IMG/VR virus record: IMGVR_UViG_3300030098_004828
Location: 1-64,000 of that record
Reading direction: 5' to 3' (one strand)
Length of the DNA: 64,000 nucleotides
Program-made: the position numbers and the translations under genes
Notes under the pieces: model-generated
The model's input: the letters and a program-made list of their open reading frames with translations, nothing else
Database searches by the model: none
Told to the model about the DNA's origin: nothing
Shown here: positions 27,483-37,991 of the stretch, one piece after another
Position numbering within the stretch: the stretch's first letter is position 1
Layout of the letters: each line of letters starts with the position of its first letter

Positions 27483-28601
27483 ATGGCAAAGAAAACTAAA
27501 AACAAAAAAGAAACATCTGTAGCTACTGCTCCTACTCCAGTAGAAACAATTACAGAAGATATAAAGGTTCCAAATTTTGAAATGGAGCCGGAAGAGTATA
27601 CAATGATAGAAAAATGGCAAACTGTTAAATCTGGTGAAGTTGCAGTTCGTCCTTATTTTGATAGAGGAAATGAAAATCTAGGATTAGAAAATTATGGTAT
27701 GACTCTTTTTGATGGAGTTTATCATCAAGAACAATTATCTTGTCTTGAAATAAATGGAGTAAAAAGATACATTACAGGATTAAATGAATTTGCTCCAGAA
27801 GTAAAAGGATTACCTAAAGAAGAGAGAGAGGCTAAGATAAAAGAAATAAGACAAGCTGTTGCTCAATTAGAAGCAGAACTTGCACAAAATATAATAGATC
27901 CAGAGGATCCTAATTTTTGGAATGAAGTTAAATTGCTTAGACCTGATAATGATAAGCTTTGGAGTAAAATTACTATAAGATGTGGTAATGAACCTCTTTA
28001 TCTTGATCCAGCAAAGGATGCTTATGATCTTATAAAAATATTTGCAATAGAAGCAGGTGGATTTTCTATAGTTGCAAAAAACTTAGAAGATGCTCGTTCA
28101 AAAATAAGACCACCTAAGTTCTATTTAGACAAAATTGAAGATAGTGTTAATACTAGAACTCAAGATGCTAAAGTTAGAAATAGAGCTATTGCTGCTTTAA
28201 GTAATTTATTTGATTCTAATCAAACTAAATTATTTTATATTGCAAAGGTAGTTGATTCTAATAGTACACAATATATTAAATCAACACCTAATGATATTAT
28301 ATATGAAATGATGGATGGTTATATTCATGGTCAAGGAATTGAAAGAGATGTTAAAAGAGCAGCTTCAAATTTTTTAAAAGTCTCTAAGGAGAGTTTAGAA
28401 AATTTAAAGTTAAAAGCTATTATTAAAGATGCTACTCAATCTAAATATTTAGTTGATAGAAGCGGTTGGATTCATGACTCTGATTCAAATATGAAATTAG
28501 GTAAGACAACTTCTGAAGTACTTGCTTATTTAAAGAGTCCATTAAATGATGAGATATCAACTAATTTAGTTAGAAAAGTAGAAAAAATGTGGAATAGATA
28601 A
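27483..28601 (+). CDS. Conserved crAss-like protein downstream of major capsid gene
   Basis: 372-aa ORF with promoter motif at 27441; synteny. Confidence 0.65.
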   Translation: MAKKTKNKKETSVATAPTPVETITEDIKVPNFEMEPEEYTMIEKWQTVKSGEVAVRPYFDRGNENLGLENYGMTLFDGVYHQEQLSCLEINGVKRYITGLNEFAPEVKGLPKEEREAKIKEIRQAVAQLEAELAQNIIDPEDPNFWNEVKLLRPDNDKLWSKITIRCGNEPLYLDPAKDAYDLIKIFAIEAGGFSIVAKNLEDARSKIRPPKFYLDKIEDSVNTRTQDAKVRNRAIAALSNLFDSNQTKLFYIAKVVDSNSTQYIKSTPNDIIYEMMDGYIHGQGIERDVKRAASNFLKVSKESLENLKLKAIIKDATQSKYLVDRSGWIHDSDSNMKLGKTTSEVLAYLKSPLNDEISTNLVRKVEKMWNR

Positions 28602-28915
28602 TGTTTTGGATGTTTAAACTTTCTGCAACTGGTATATATTGTGTTAGCCTTAATAAGCTAACACAAATATACAGTACAGCTAGAGATAGTGTAGTTTTAG
28701 TTTTTAATGATGCGGCTGCAGACCGCTTTATTGCAAAAAGTATGATGGTTACATTAGCAGTTACATTAGATAGAAATGATGATGTTATAGAGTTTTTAAC
28801 TAAAAGAGCTGGGGAATTAGAATCAAGATCACCTGTACTTATTGCAGATGAAGAAAATAATACTTATATACACCCAGATATTACAAGAATTACAGCAATA
28901 GCAAATGGAAGCTAA
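28601..28915 (+). CDS. Small hypothetical (possible virion) protein
   Basis: TAATG-coupled 104-aa ORF. Confidence 0.65.
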   Translation: MFWMFKLSATGIYCVSLNKLTQIYSTARDSVVLVFNDAAADRFIAKSMMVTLAVTLDRNDDVIEFLTKRAGELESRSPVLIADEENNTYIHPDITRITAIANGS

Positions 28916-28917
28916 TT

Positions 28918-30270
28918 ATGGATAATAATACATTACAAATAAAGTTTAAACAAAGGCTTAACAAAATTGCCAGTAATGACTATGATAATATAGAGTGTTG
29001 GCAAATTGTTGAAGCTTTTAATAAAGCTCAAATTGAATGGTGTAGAAGACAATTACGTGGAACCAATATGTATAAAGATGGTGATGAAATGTCTAAAAGA
29101 AGAGTGGATGATTTAGAAATTTTATTAAAGGAAGTAGATTTAATAGGGGACGATGTAAATTATGATAGTACATTTGGTTATTTTCAATCAAGTAATTTTC
29201 AAAATATTTATACTGGTGATTATCTAGAGTATAAAAGAATTAAAGCATCTGCTATACAGTGTGATCCTGGGGCTCCTGGTATTCCTGCACAACCAGGAAC
29301 TCCTGATGGTCCACCTACAGAAATACCAATATTTGAAGAAGTAGAATCAACAATTAGTGTACATTGGCCTATAGTTAGAACTAAAAATGGAATAACTATT
29401 ATGACTGGTAATCCATGCAATTATGTAGAATTTTCTGCATATTACTCTTCTGGTCCAGGTGAATGGACATTTGACTTTCCTGAAGCTTTTGTAACTACGT
29501 CTGGTACTATTATTACAGATCCTGAAGTATTAGCCACTCTTCCTCCAGAAGGTGATTATATGCAAACTTCAAGTTGTCCTACTGATGGTGATCCTGCAAT
29601 GCCTTCATCAATTTGGCAAGAAGGAGGAGATTGTTGGCCAATAGATAATGGAGATGGTACTTTTACACAAAATTTTCCTGATTGTTTGGATGGGTATAAT
29701 ACAAATTTTTTAGAATGTGATGGACTATGTTTTATAGTACCTGACTTTGGATCTAACTATACTTCATTTCTAACAACAATTGATACTGGTGAAGTAGAAG
29801 TTATTCCTGGTGAACCTGGTACACCTGGTACACCTGCAGTGCCAGCTGTTCCTTGTACATGTGCTCCCAATGTAGAAAAAGAAAAAGGATGTCAAGATCC
29901 AAGATCTATGACAGTATATTTATCAGAAGTAGGTAATGTAGATGTTATATTAAGAGATCCATTAAAAAATCCTGATTTTGATTGGGGTGAAACATTTGTA
30001 ACGTTTAAAGAGAAAGAATTAAGAATTTGGAGAAGTGATTTTTGGATAAGAGGTCCTGAATTAATTTATTACAGAAAACCTGTAAACATTCAAATTATAG
30101 ATTGTGTAGATCCATATACAGGGAGTCAATCAACAGTTGATGTTCCTTGTGAGTTTAAAGATGATATAGTAGAATTGATTATTGATGAAGCTGTTAGTAT
30201 TATAGCAGGTGACATAGGAGATATAAATAACTTTTCAAGGGGTTCACAATCAGCAGAAAAAAATAACTAG
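28918..30270 (+). CDS. Head-tail adaptor/ring protein with ~200-aa insertion
   Basis: Helical N-terminus (EAFNKAQ) and LIYYRKP...ELIIDEAV C-terminus typical of crAss-like ring proteins; Pro-rich-flanked insert. Confidence 0.6.
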   Translation: MDNNTLQIKFKQRLNKIASNDYDNIECWQIVEAFNKAQIEWCRRQLRGTNMYKDGDEMSKRRVDDLEILLKEVDLIGDDVNYDSTFGYFQSSNFQNIYTGDYLEYKRIKASAIQCDPGAPGIPAQPGTPDGPPTEIPIFEEVESTISVHWPIVRTKNGITIMTGNPCNYVEFSAYYSSGPGEWTFDFPEAFVTTSGTIITDPEVLATLPPEGDYMQTSSCPTDGDPAMPSSIWQEGGDCWPIDNGDGTFTQNFPDCLDGYNTNFLECDGLCFIVPDFGSNYTSFLTTIDTGEVEVIPGEPGTPGTPAVPAVPCTCAPNVEKEKGCQDPRSMTVYLSEVGNVDVILRDPLKNPDFDWGETFVTFKEKELRIWRSDFWIRGPELIYYRKPVNIQIIDCVDPYTGSQSTVDVPCEFKDDIVELIIDEAVSIIAGDIGDINNFSRGSQSAEKNN

Positions 30271-30358
30271 TATTCAAAGAGTATCATTTATTTTTTGTAT
30301 ATTATATATGAAGACCAACGTATATTTTTATTTTTATTAATTTTTAAAAAGTTTAATT

Positions 30359-31675
30359 ATGGCTTATTTTAATCATGCATTTAAAAAATGTTTTGGTCCT
30401 GCTAAAGTTTTAAAAAACGCAGCTGGTGCTAAACCGTGGACATATGCTACTGGCGGTGACTTTGGAGCTTGTTTAGCTTCTGACTGGTCTGGCGTTACAT
30501 ATGCTACTGGAGCAACTGATATGGACTTGTTAAAACCTAATCAAGGGTTTTATCTTGTTGGTAAAGGATACAGAACATCTGATACAATTGGAAGCAACCC
30601 TGGGCATGGGGGTTACACTGAAACGTGGAAATCAAAAATGATTCTTCCAAAATATATTAATAAGATCTGGAAAACAAATGCTACTGAAGCTCAGGCTAAT
30701 AAAATTACTATTTCTACTTCCGCAGGTACAGCTAGTCAAAGTTGTTTTACTTGTGCTAGTGTAGGTGCAAATAATTTTCTTAGACTTGATGTTAAAGGTG
30801 CTGCAGCATTACGGTTTTTAAATCACAATGCTTATATGATTTTTGATACAGGTACTAGTTGTACTGCTTGTAATGGTGGTTATATGAATAATATATATGC
30901 TGTTAGAGAGTGGGCAATAGGAATTTGTGATGATCCAATTATTAATAAGTTTGTTAAAGTTAACAAAATGGTTTATAACTTAGCTGGTGGTGCCGGTGAT
31001 GTTACAGTTAATACATGTGCAACTATTAAAACAGATGCAGCTTTAAATACTGCAGCTACTGCTGGAACTTGGCTTGTTAACCAAACAGGTGAAATTGAAA
31101 TAGAAGCTGCTTATGTTGACACTGAGTGGGGATCTTGTTCATTTGAAACTACAGACTTTAGCCCATCTGCTGAAGATGATGGTAATGGTGTTGGAACAAC
31201 TGTTGCAAAAGGGGAACCTTTACAAATGCAAGTTTCATTCTTAGATGAATCAGGTACTGCTAATTCATGTGATTGTGCTGCTGCTCAAGGTACTAAAGCA
31301 ATTACTGTAAATACTACGGCTAAACAAGCAAATATTTCTGCTTATACAGTTATGAAAGATTTATTGTTAGATGAGAATTATGCTCAGATGCCGTATAATC
31401 AAGGTAATAGAGATAGTGCTAGATTTAGAAAGGCAGAAGGAAGTGACTTGTTATATGCTGAAGTTCATGCTGGTGGCTTGTATGAATCCTATGATGTATT
31501 ACATAGTGTACCTAGACGAAATAATCCTAGTGGGGTTATGGACAATGATCAGTATCATTATTCAGTCTATGTAAGAGCTGGTGCTAGTACTACGTTGTTA
31601 GATACAATGTGGGATGAGATGGCTGTTGCAGCGTTTGGATCAGGTTCAACTGCTGAAACTATTGATATACCTTAA
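30359..31675 (+). CDS. Structural protein (auxiliary capsid/decoration-like)
   Basis: Ala/Gly/Thr-rich 438 aa with own promoter motif and terminator. Confidence 0.55.
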   Translation: MAYFNHAFKKCFGPAKVLKNAAGAKPWTYATGGDFGACLASDWSGVTYATGATDMDLLKPNQGFYLVGKGYRTSDTIGSNPGHGGYTETWKSKMILPKYINKIWKTNATEAQANKITISTSAGTASQSCFTCASVGANNFLRLDVKGAAALRFLNHNAYMIFDTGTSCTACNGGYMNNIYAVREWAIGICDDPIINKFVKVNKMVYNLAGGAGDVTVNTCATIKTDAALNTAATAGTWLVNQTGEIEIEAAYVDTEWGSCSFETTDFSPSAEDDGNGVGTTVAKGEPLQMQVSFLDESGTANSCDCAAAQGTKAITVNTTAKQANISAYTVMKDLLLDENYAQMPYNQGNRDSARFRKAEGSDLLYAEVHAGGLYESYDVLHSVPRRNNPSGVMDNDQYHYSVYVRAGASTTLLDTMWDEMAVAAFGSGSTAETIDIP

Positions 31676-31696
31676 TTAAAGGTAATATCAGTTATT

Positions 31697-31730
31697 AAAG
31701 GAGGGGTAGAGTTAAATCTACCCCTTTTTT
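31697..31730 (+). terminator. Intrinsic terminator
   Basis: AGGGGTAGA-GTTAAA-TCTACCCCT-TTTTT. Confidence 0.8.
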
Positions 31731-31789
31731 ATTTCTATTATCTTTAATTTTTTGTATATTATTTATATAGTGCATTTAAAAGTTTATTT

Positions 31790-32341
31790 ATGGCAGCTAA
31801 ACATATACTAAGTCTAGAAATACCTGAAGTTGTAAATTGTGAAATATTTACAATAAAGGATACTAGTCAATACGCAGATAATCTAAATGTAGATTGTGGA
31901 AACTTACAAGTTTTATATCCAGGAGGTACAATCCCTGTTGTAATTAAATTAAATAAAGAATTCAATATGAACTTTAATACTTGTTCATTTGAATTAACAA
32001 CAACTGGTTGTGAAACATCAAGAGCATCATTTCCTGATGGAATTTATGTAATTAGATATAGTGTTGCACCACATGATAAATCATATGTAGAATATAATTA
32101 CTTAAGAGTAAGTAGTATAATGTCTACTTATTATGATAAACTTTGTGAGTTAGATGTTCAACCTTGTGAACCAAGTTCTGAAAAGCAACAATTATTAGCT
32201 GAAATGAGTTATATAAGAACTTTAATAGATGCTGCAAAAGCTAAAGTAGAATATTGTCATAGTCCTAGTGAAGGAATGGAACTTTATAATTTTGCAAAAA
32301 AGAAATTAAAGAAAATAACTTGTGACGTTTGTTGTAAATAA
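31790..32341 (+). CDS. Tail-associated structural protein (fibre hub-like)
   Basis: FPDGIYVIRYSV Ig-like strand, helical Cys-rich C-terminus. Confidence 0.5.
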   Translation: MAAKHILSLEIPEVVNCEIFTIKDTSQYADNLNVDCGNLQVLYPGGTIPVVIKLNKEFNMNFNTCSFELTTTGCETSRASFPDGIYVIRYSVAPHDKSYVEYNYLRVSSIMSTYYDKLCELDVQPCEPSSEKQQLLAEMSYIRTLIDAAKAKVEYCHSPSEGMELYNFAKKKLKKITCDVCCK

Positions 32342-32349
32342 TTTCAGAT

Positions 32350-33579
32350 ATGTCAGAACAATCATTACTTAAACAAATTAAAATAGAACAAACATTTGCA
32401 GATTATGTTTATAAAGATTATAGAGCAAAAAGATATGGAATGTCTCCATGTTGTTCTATAGATCAACTTCAAAAATATACAATCAAAAAAGAATTATGTC
32501 AATGGGAAAATAAAAAAGTTCCTATTTATTCAGGTACTTATGAAGATAGTACATCTACAGGTCATACTAATACTGATACAGAACCTTTTGTTTGGACTTT
32601 AAATGCAACTCCTGTTTATGAATGGGTGCAGATAATTTCAGAAACTGGTATATGTGCAGAAGGTATTGGTATAGGAGCTTGGCCTCCATTTTCTGATACA
32701 TTAGGAGGATGTGGTGGTTTTCTTGGAGATTTAAATGATAAAACAAAAATAGTTTGGTACATGCATCCTGATAGATTAGCAACACTTCCTAATACATCAG
32801 GAACTGCTAGATTAGTTGTATATATTGCTGATGCTGATGGTGATCAGGTTGGTATATGGGAAAAAGCACTTACAAATACTACAGCAATAACTCCAGTTAT
32901 GACAGACATTATAGTACCAAGTTCTACAGAGTGGTTACAAAATACTTCATATGATGCTTTAAAAATAGATGTACCTAGAACTTCTGTAGGTGGTACAGCA
33001 GTTCAATGTCCTTCTGCTGGATATACAGCGGGTAAAAATGGTGTTAATGCCAGTGAAGTAATGACTTTTTATATAGTAGATGGAACAGATGTACACACTT
33101 TAGTATGGGATGGTTGGGGTTCTTGGTTTGGAGGTGCTTCAGGTGCAGCATGGCCTTGTTGTCCTATTTCAAATGGAACTTCAAGAATACTTGATACAGG
33201 GACTTTAACAATTACAAAAATTTGTCCTGATACAACACCAAATTCAATTCATTTTTGTGGAATGACAGCTGCTTCAACAAATGGAGGTACATGCGTAAAT
33301 GATTCAGAATGTATATATATACAAGTGGTAGATCAAAATGGAAATCCAATGAAGGAATTTCCAATTATTATAGATGGTGAATTGTCAGGTTATACAAATG
33401 ATTTAGGAGTATATAAAACTACAATAATTAATGCCGGAACTGTAACAAAACATATATTAAATAATTGTCATTGTTTTACAACAAAAGGTGAATGCCGGCA
33501 ACAAAAAATATTATTAACTGTCAATGATAGTACATCAAAAGAAGCATGTGATACACCACCTGCGCCTTTGTGTACTTAA
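32350..33579 (+). CDS. Cys-rich structural protein
   Basis: Beta-rich; C-terminal IQVVDQNGNP...IDG...GYTNDLG prealbumin-like strand pattern. Confidence 0.55.
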   Translation: MSEQSLLKQIKIEQTFADYVYKDYRAKRYGMSPCCSIDQLQKYTIKKELCQWENKKVPIYSGTYEDSTSTGHTNTDTEPFVWTLNATPVYEWVQIISETGICAEGIGIGAWPPFSDTLGGCGGFLGDLNDKTKIVWYMHPDRLATLPNTSGTARLVVYIADADGDQVGIWEKALTNTTAITPVMTDIIVPSSTEWLQNTSYDALKIDVPRTSVGGTAVQCPSAGYTAGKNGVNASEVMTFYIVDGTDVHTLVWDGWGSWFGGASGAAWPCCPISNGTSRILDTGTLTITKICPDTTPNSIHFCGMTAASTNGGTCVNDSECIYIQVVDQNGNPMKEFPIIIDGELSGYTNDLGVYKTTIINAGTVTKHILNNCHCFTTKGECRQQKILLTVNDSTSKEACDTPPAPLCT

Positions 33580-33668
33580 ATTGAGTATTTAAACAACTTG
33601 GTTGTTAATTTAAAAAATTGTATATTATAGTATATAGTAAGTAAATTGCAGCTGTAAAAAATATATTT

Positions 33669-36600
33669 ATGATACCAAGTAATACAGGAGGTAAAACTAA
33701 CGGATGTGACCCAACATCATCAAATTGTGTAGTTTGGCAAGGACCAAACTTAGATTGCATTGGATTATGCACAGGAGATACTGTTAGTACAGTAATTGCA
33801 AAATTAGCTGAAAAGCTTTGTTCTGTAGTTGCTGACAGTTGTGGTGAGTGCACCATAGACTTAGGTACAGTTGATGAAAAATGTATTCAAGTAGATCCTA
33901 CCACTCAAAATCCTTTACCACCTGCTGCTAATATTCAAGAACTTTTAACAAGAATAATAAATTATGTTTGTTATGTAGAAGACATATTACAAGAATGTTG
34001 TCAAGATACAATTATTAGTGTTCCTACTGTTGCTGGTGAAATAAGAAGTCCTTATTCACCTGATAACCCTTTTATAAGAAAGATATCTAATAGCATGTAT
34101 CCTCATGACGCAGCTAAAGGTTTAGAAGCTGAAAAATGGATCATGGTAAGTTTAGCTGCATCTTATGATATTATAAAACAAATAAAATCTTTACAAAATG
34201 AAGAAAAAGGTTTAAATGATAGAGTAAAGAAATTAGAAAGACAATCTGCTAAAACACTTGTATTACCTAAAGTAATTTCTAAATGTGTATCAAGACCAGG
34301 AACAGCTGTAGAAATGAAAACTTTATTAACAGCTCTTGAGTCAGCGTTTTGTAGTTTAAGAACTGTTGTAGGTTCACCTAGTGATGTTTTAAGATCTATT
34401 AAGTTTCAACCTGCTACATTAGGTACAGATTCTAGATTAAATGGAAAAGGAAGTATGAGAGATATGGCTGGATGGATAGTTGGTGCTAATGATATAGCTG
34501 GTTCTTTAACTAATTCATGGTTAACTATTGCTGATCTAAGAAATGCTGTTTTAGATTTACAAAAAAATACAACACCGGCTGCTGTTACATGGATGGATGA
34601 TTTAAATGTAAAAGCAAGATTTAAAATGTCAGGACCATCTGTTTCTGGTATAGTTTTAGATTTTTCAGATAATGCAAATGTTATACCTTCTACATTTTAT
34701 GATACAGATAGAGGGCGTGGATCTAAAATAACAATTAAAGATTCTTCTTTAAATTCTGTATATAAATATGTTCAAATATCACAAAATAAAGCTAATACAG
34801 CTTATTCTATAGATGATTTAGGTAGTATTGACAAAACAAGTAATATGGAAATTACTATAGATATACAACTTACAGATGGTGATAATTTTGTTGGTAAATC
34901 TATAAATATTAGTTTAACAAATAAAAGTATAGTTCCAACTGTTTCAACTTCTGCTATAACTAAAAATTCTTTTCAATATACAGTAAGTGGTATAAATACT
35001 ACTGTTGGAAATACAATAAAAATTTCAACAGAAACACCTGGTGGTACACTTAAAGATGTTGCTGTTTATTCAGCTCCTAGTGCAATTATAACTGGTACAG
35101 TTACTGGTTTAGATGAAGGAACAAGCTATAAAGTTTTTGCAACAGTTATAACCAAAACAGGTGTAGAAACAGAAGGTGAAAAAATTCAAGTTACTACAAC
35201 TGCACCAACATGTACAGCAGTTCATGTTACTGCAAGTACATTTAAAACAGCATTAACAGATTTTAAAACAGGTGCAACTAAAACTGTTTTATCAGTTTAT
35301 AATGATACTGTAAATAATAATCAAGTTGTTTTTGGATTTGATAATGGTAATAACCCTATAGCATATAAAGGTACAGCAGATACCTATACAGCACCTTCTG
35401 GAACTTTTATAACATATGGCACACTTGTAAGTAAAAATCCAACTACATTTATTACTTGCAATAATGTAGTATATGCAAGCGGATTATCTGCAAGTAATAC
35501 AGGAAGTGGTTGGGAATATGTAACAGCCTCAACATCACCAAATGGAATAACTTATTATATATATGCATTAGTTAATAAAATGACTAAAACAATATTAGAA
35601 GTTGTTGCTTGTTGTGATTGCAAAGCTCTTTATTTAGTAGATACAGATGATGATGTTTATTTTGTACCAACCAATCAACATAGAACAATAAGTGTAAATG
35701 TTGCAGGAGCAACTGCAGGAGCAGTTGGAACTTGGACTATTGTTTCACAACCTACTAAGGGATCAGCATCACTTTCTACTACTGCTACTAGTACTGAAGG
35801 TATATTTAATTATACAGCTTCATCAACCGATCCTTGGGTATCAGATTCATTTTCTGTTAAATTAACAAATGATTGTGGAGTAAGTAATACAATTACAATT
35901 CCTATACAAAGAGCAACTGTATTACCATATAATGATACAGATATTGTTGTAATGGTAGATGCTAATTCAACTTCATATGCAGATGCTGATAAAATAAAAA
36001 CAACTTTTGAAAGTATAAAAACTCAAATTCAAACAATTTGTAATACATGGACAGGTACTATTTATTATGTACCAGTTGATAGAACAACTGGAGCAAATAC
36101 TAGTGCTGATTATTTAAATTATGGATTAGCAATGGTAGATAAAAAGGGTGGTACTTCAGGTTCTCTTACAGTTGCAACTGGTGCTACTACATGGGATCTA
36201 TTTAAATCAGAACCTCCTTATTGGGGAGCTGCATCTACAGGTCCTGTTCCAGCTTCTACATATATTTTTGCAATAACAAATCAAGGTAATACAAATGGTA
36301 GTTATGCTGATGCTTCTTTATCTACAGGATGGGGGTCACAACCATCAGCTCAATATGACACAGATTTTGATGGAGTTAATGATATGTTAACATTAGCAGG
36401 AGGTGGTACAGCTAAAAGTGCATGGGGTTCAGGTAAAACACATAAATACTTTAATGATGCAGCAGGTAATTTAAAATTTGCTCAAGTTAATATATGCCAA
36501 TTAACTGGATCATTAAATGAAAGTGCTGCAACTGCACTTCAAATGACTGGTTCAATTGTTGGAAGAAAATTAACTCTTTCTGAATTTAATGGTTTTAAAG

Positions 36601-37181
36601 TTGGAGGCATTCAGTATCCAATAGACTTAAGAAATTATATATTAGATGGAACAGCTCCAGTATCAGTGCCATATGGAACCGGTACTACAGCTGGTGGATA
36701 TTCTAGAGATGGTATACATAAATTAAATTATATACCAACTCTTTTTGTAGAAAGTGGGTATGATTGGTCAGCAATTGCATTTAATAAGCTTATATTAAGT
36801 ATAATGGGCTTAAGAAGTGGATCTACAGGTATAGGATGTGCTACTACTTCTCCAACTGCTCAAAATATGATAAGTGGTTCTCATAAAACATTTGGAACAC
36901 ATGCTACAGTTTGTGCAACTGCTTGTTCAAATGCAGCAAGTTCAACCGGTTTAGTTGAATTATTTAATTCTACAGGTACAGTATTTGATACTGCCGTTAG
37001 AGCCTATAGTACTTTAAACGGTGCTATATTAGGAGGAACAACTGGTGGATCAGATTATGATGAACTTACAGCTGGTCATTGGTATTGTCTTAGAGATGGT
37101 TCAGGTGCTGGAACTAGAAGAGTTGCAAGATATAATGCATCAGCTCCTTTTTGGACAGAAAAAACTTGTGCAACATGTTAA
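33669..37181 (+). CDS. Tail fibre/adhesin-like protein
   Basis: Cys-rich N-terminus, coiled coil, FN3-like (VTGLDEGTSYKV), cadherin/Ig-like (SQPTKGSA...DSFSVKL) and vWA-like (DIVVMVDANS) segments. Confidence 0.65.
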   Translation: MIPSNTGGKTNGCDPTSSNCVVWQGPNLDCIGLCTGDTVSTVIAKLAEKLCSVVADSCGECTIDLGTVDEKCIQVDPTTQNPLPPAANIQELLTRIINYVCYVEDILQECCQDTIISVPTVAGEIRSPYSPDNPFIRKISNSMYPHDAAKGLEAEKWIMVSLAASYDIIKQIKSLQNEEKGLNDRVKKLERQSAKTLVLPKVISKCVSRPGTAVEMKTLLTALESAFCSLRTVVGSPSDVLRSIKFQPATLGTDSRLNGKGSMRDMAGWIVGANDIAGSLTNSWLTIADLRNAVLDLQKNTTPAAVTWMDDLNVKARFKMSGPSVSGIVLDFSDNANVIPSTFYDTDRGRGSKITIKDSSLNSVYKYVQISQNKANTAYSIDDLGSIDKTSNMEITIDIQLTDGDNFVGKSINISLTNKSIVPTVSTSAITKNSFQYTVSGINTTVGNTIKISTETPGGTLKDVAVYSAPSAIITGTVTGLDEGTSYKVFATVITKTGVETEGEKIQVTTTAPTCTAVHVTASTFKTALTDFKTGATKTVLSVYNDTVNNNQVVFGFDNGNNPIAYKGTADTYTAPSGTFITYGTLVSKNPTTFITCNNVVYASGLSASNTGSGWEYVTASTSPNGITYYIYALVNKMTKTILEVVACCDCKALYLVDTDDDVYFVPTNQHRTISVNVAGATAGAVGTWTIVSQPTKGSASLSTTATSTEGIFNYTASSTDPWVSDSFSVKLTNDCGVSNTITIPIQRATVLPYNDTDIVVMVDANSTSYADADKIKTTFESIKTQIQTICNTWTGTIYYVPVDRTTGANTSADYLNYGLAMVDKKGGTSGSLTVATGATTWDLFKSEPPYWGAASTGPVPASTYIFAITNQGNTNGSYADASLSTGWGSQPSAQYDTDFDGVNDMLTLAGGGTAKSAWGSGKTHKYFNDAAGNLKFAQVNICQLTGSLNESAATALQMTGSIVGRKLTLSEFNGFKVGGIQYPIDLRNYILDGTAPVSVPYGTGTTAGGYSRDGIHKLNYIPTLFVESGYDWSAIAFNKLILSIMGLRSGSTGIGCATTSPTAQNMISGSHKTFGTHATVCATACSNAASSTGLVELFNSTGTVFDTAVRAYSTLNGAILGGTTGGSDYDELTAGHWYCLRDGSGAGTRRVARYNASAPFWTEKTCATC

Positions 37182-37199
37182 TAATTAAAATTTAAAAAA

Positions 37200-37862
37200 A
37201 TGGCTTGTAATACGTGCGGAAATACTACTTCAAATCCTTGTGCTTGTCAAGACACAAGTTTAACATTACCATCTAATTGTCAATATACAGATGAGTCATG
37301 TATAGGTAAAGAAACATGTGCTGATATTCAATGTGAAGAATGTGTAAGCTGGTGTAGATGTACACCATATGATAAAGATAATTATCCATATACAGATTTC
37401 TTTTATATGAAAAATGCAAATTCTGATACTATATGGGTAAAGTGTGGGGAAAGATTAGACATGACTTTACAAAAAATGACATTATTTATGACAAAACCTA
37501 CCACATGGAAACATCATATTCCATTATTTTATCATGGTAAAGTAACTACAGATTCTATTGAATTATTTTGGGATGGTGTTCCTACAGCTAATGATCCTGT
37601 TTCTGGAGCAGTTGATCTTACAGGTATACAAATATGGCAAAGAAATGTAACAGCAGCAGGACCTTGGGTTCAAGCTAATACACAATTATTAACAACTGCA
37701 CCATATTATGAAGCTGCCTTAGCAACAGGAACAACTAAGAATTTTGTAGCAGGAGGTTTAAATCCTAATTCAGTATGGGAGTTTCATTTAAAAAGTACCA
37801 TAGCTGGTCCAGTAACAGAACAAGCTAGTGTAACAATAAGAGCAAAAACACTAGCACCATAA
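37200..37862 (+). CDS. Cys-rich FN3-domain structural protein
   Basis: Cys-dense N-terminus; VTTDSIELFW...GLNPNSVWEFHL FN3 signature. Confidence 0.65.
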   Translation: MACNTCGNTTSNPCACQDTSLTLPSNCQYTDESCIGKETCADIQCEECVSWCRCTPYDKDNYPYTDFFYMKNANSDTIWVKCGERLDMTLQKMTLFMTKPTTWKHHIPLFYHGKVTTDSIELFWDGVPTANDPVSGAVDLTGIQIWQRNVTAAGPWVQANTQLLTTAPYYEAALATGTTKNFVAGGLNPNSVWEFHLKSTIAGPVTEQASVTIRAKTLAP

Positions 37863-37909
37863 AGCGATCCGTAGAGGTTTTTGTTGGTTTTAACTCTGCA
37901 AATTGCTCT

Positions 37910-37942
37910 GAACCCCGGATATTCATCTGGGGTTCTTTTTTT
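37910..37942 (+). terminator. Intrinsic terminator
   Basis: GAACCCCGGAT-ATTC-ATCTGGGGTTC-TTTTTTT. Confidence 0.85.
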
Positions 37943-37991
37943 TATTAACAATTTTTTATATATTAGCATCACTAATTAATATAGCTATCTT

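Noticed and set aside
29266-29853. Collagen triple-helix repeats
   Set aside because: Gly is not maintained every third residue (PAQ, PAV) and the tracts are only 5-6 triplets.
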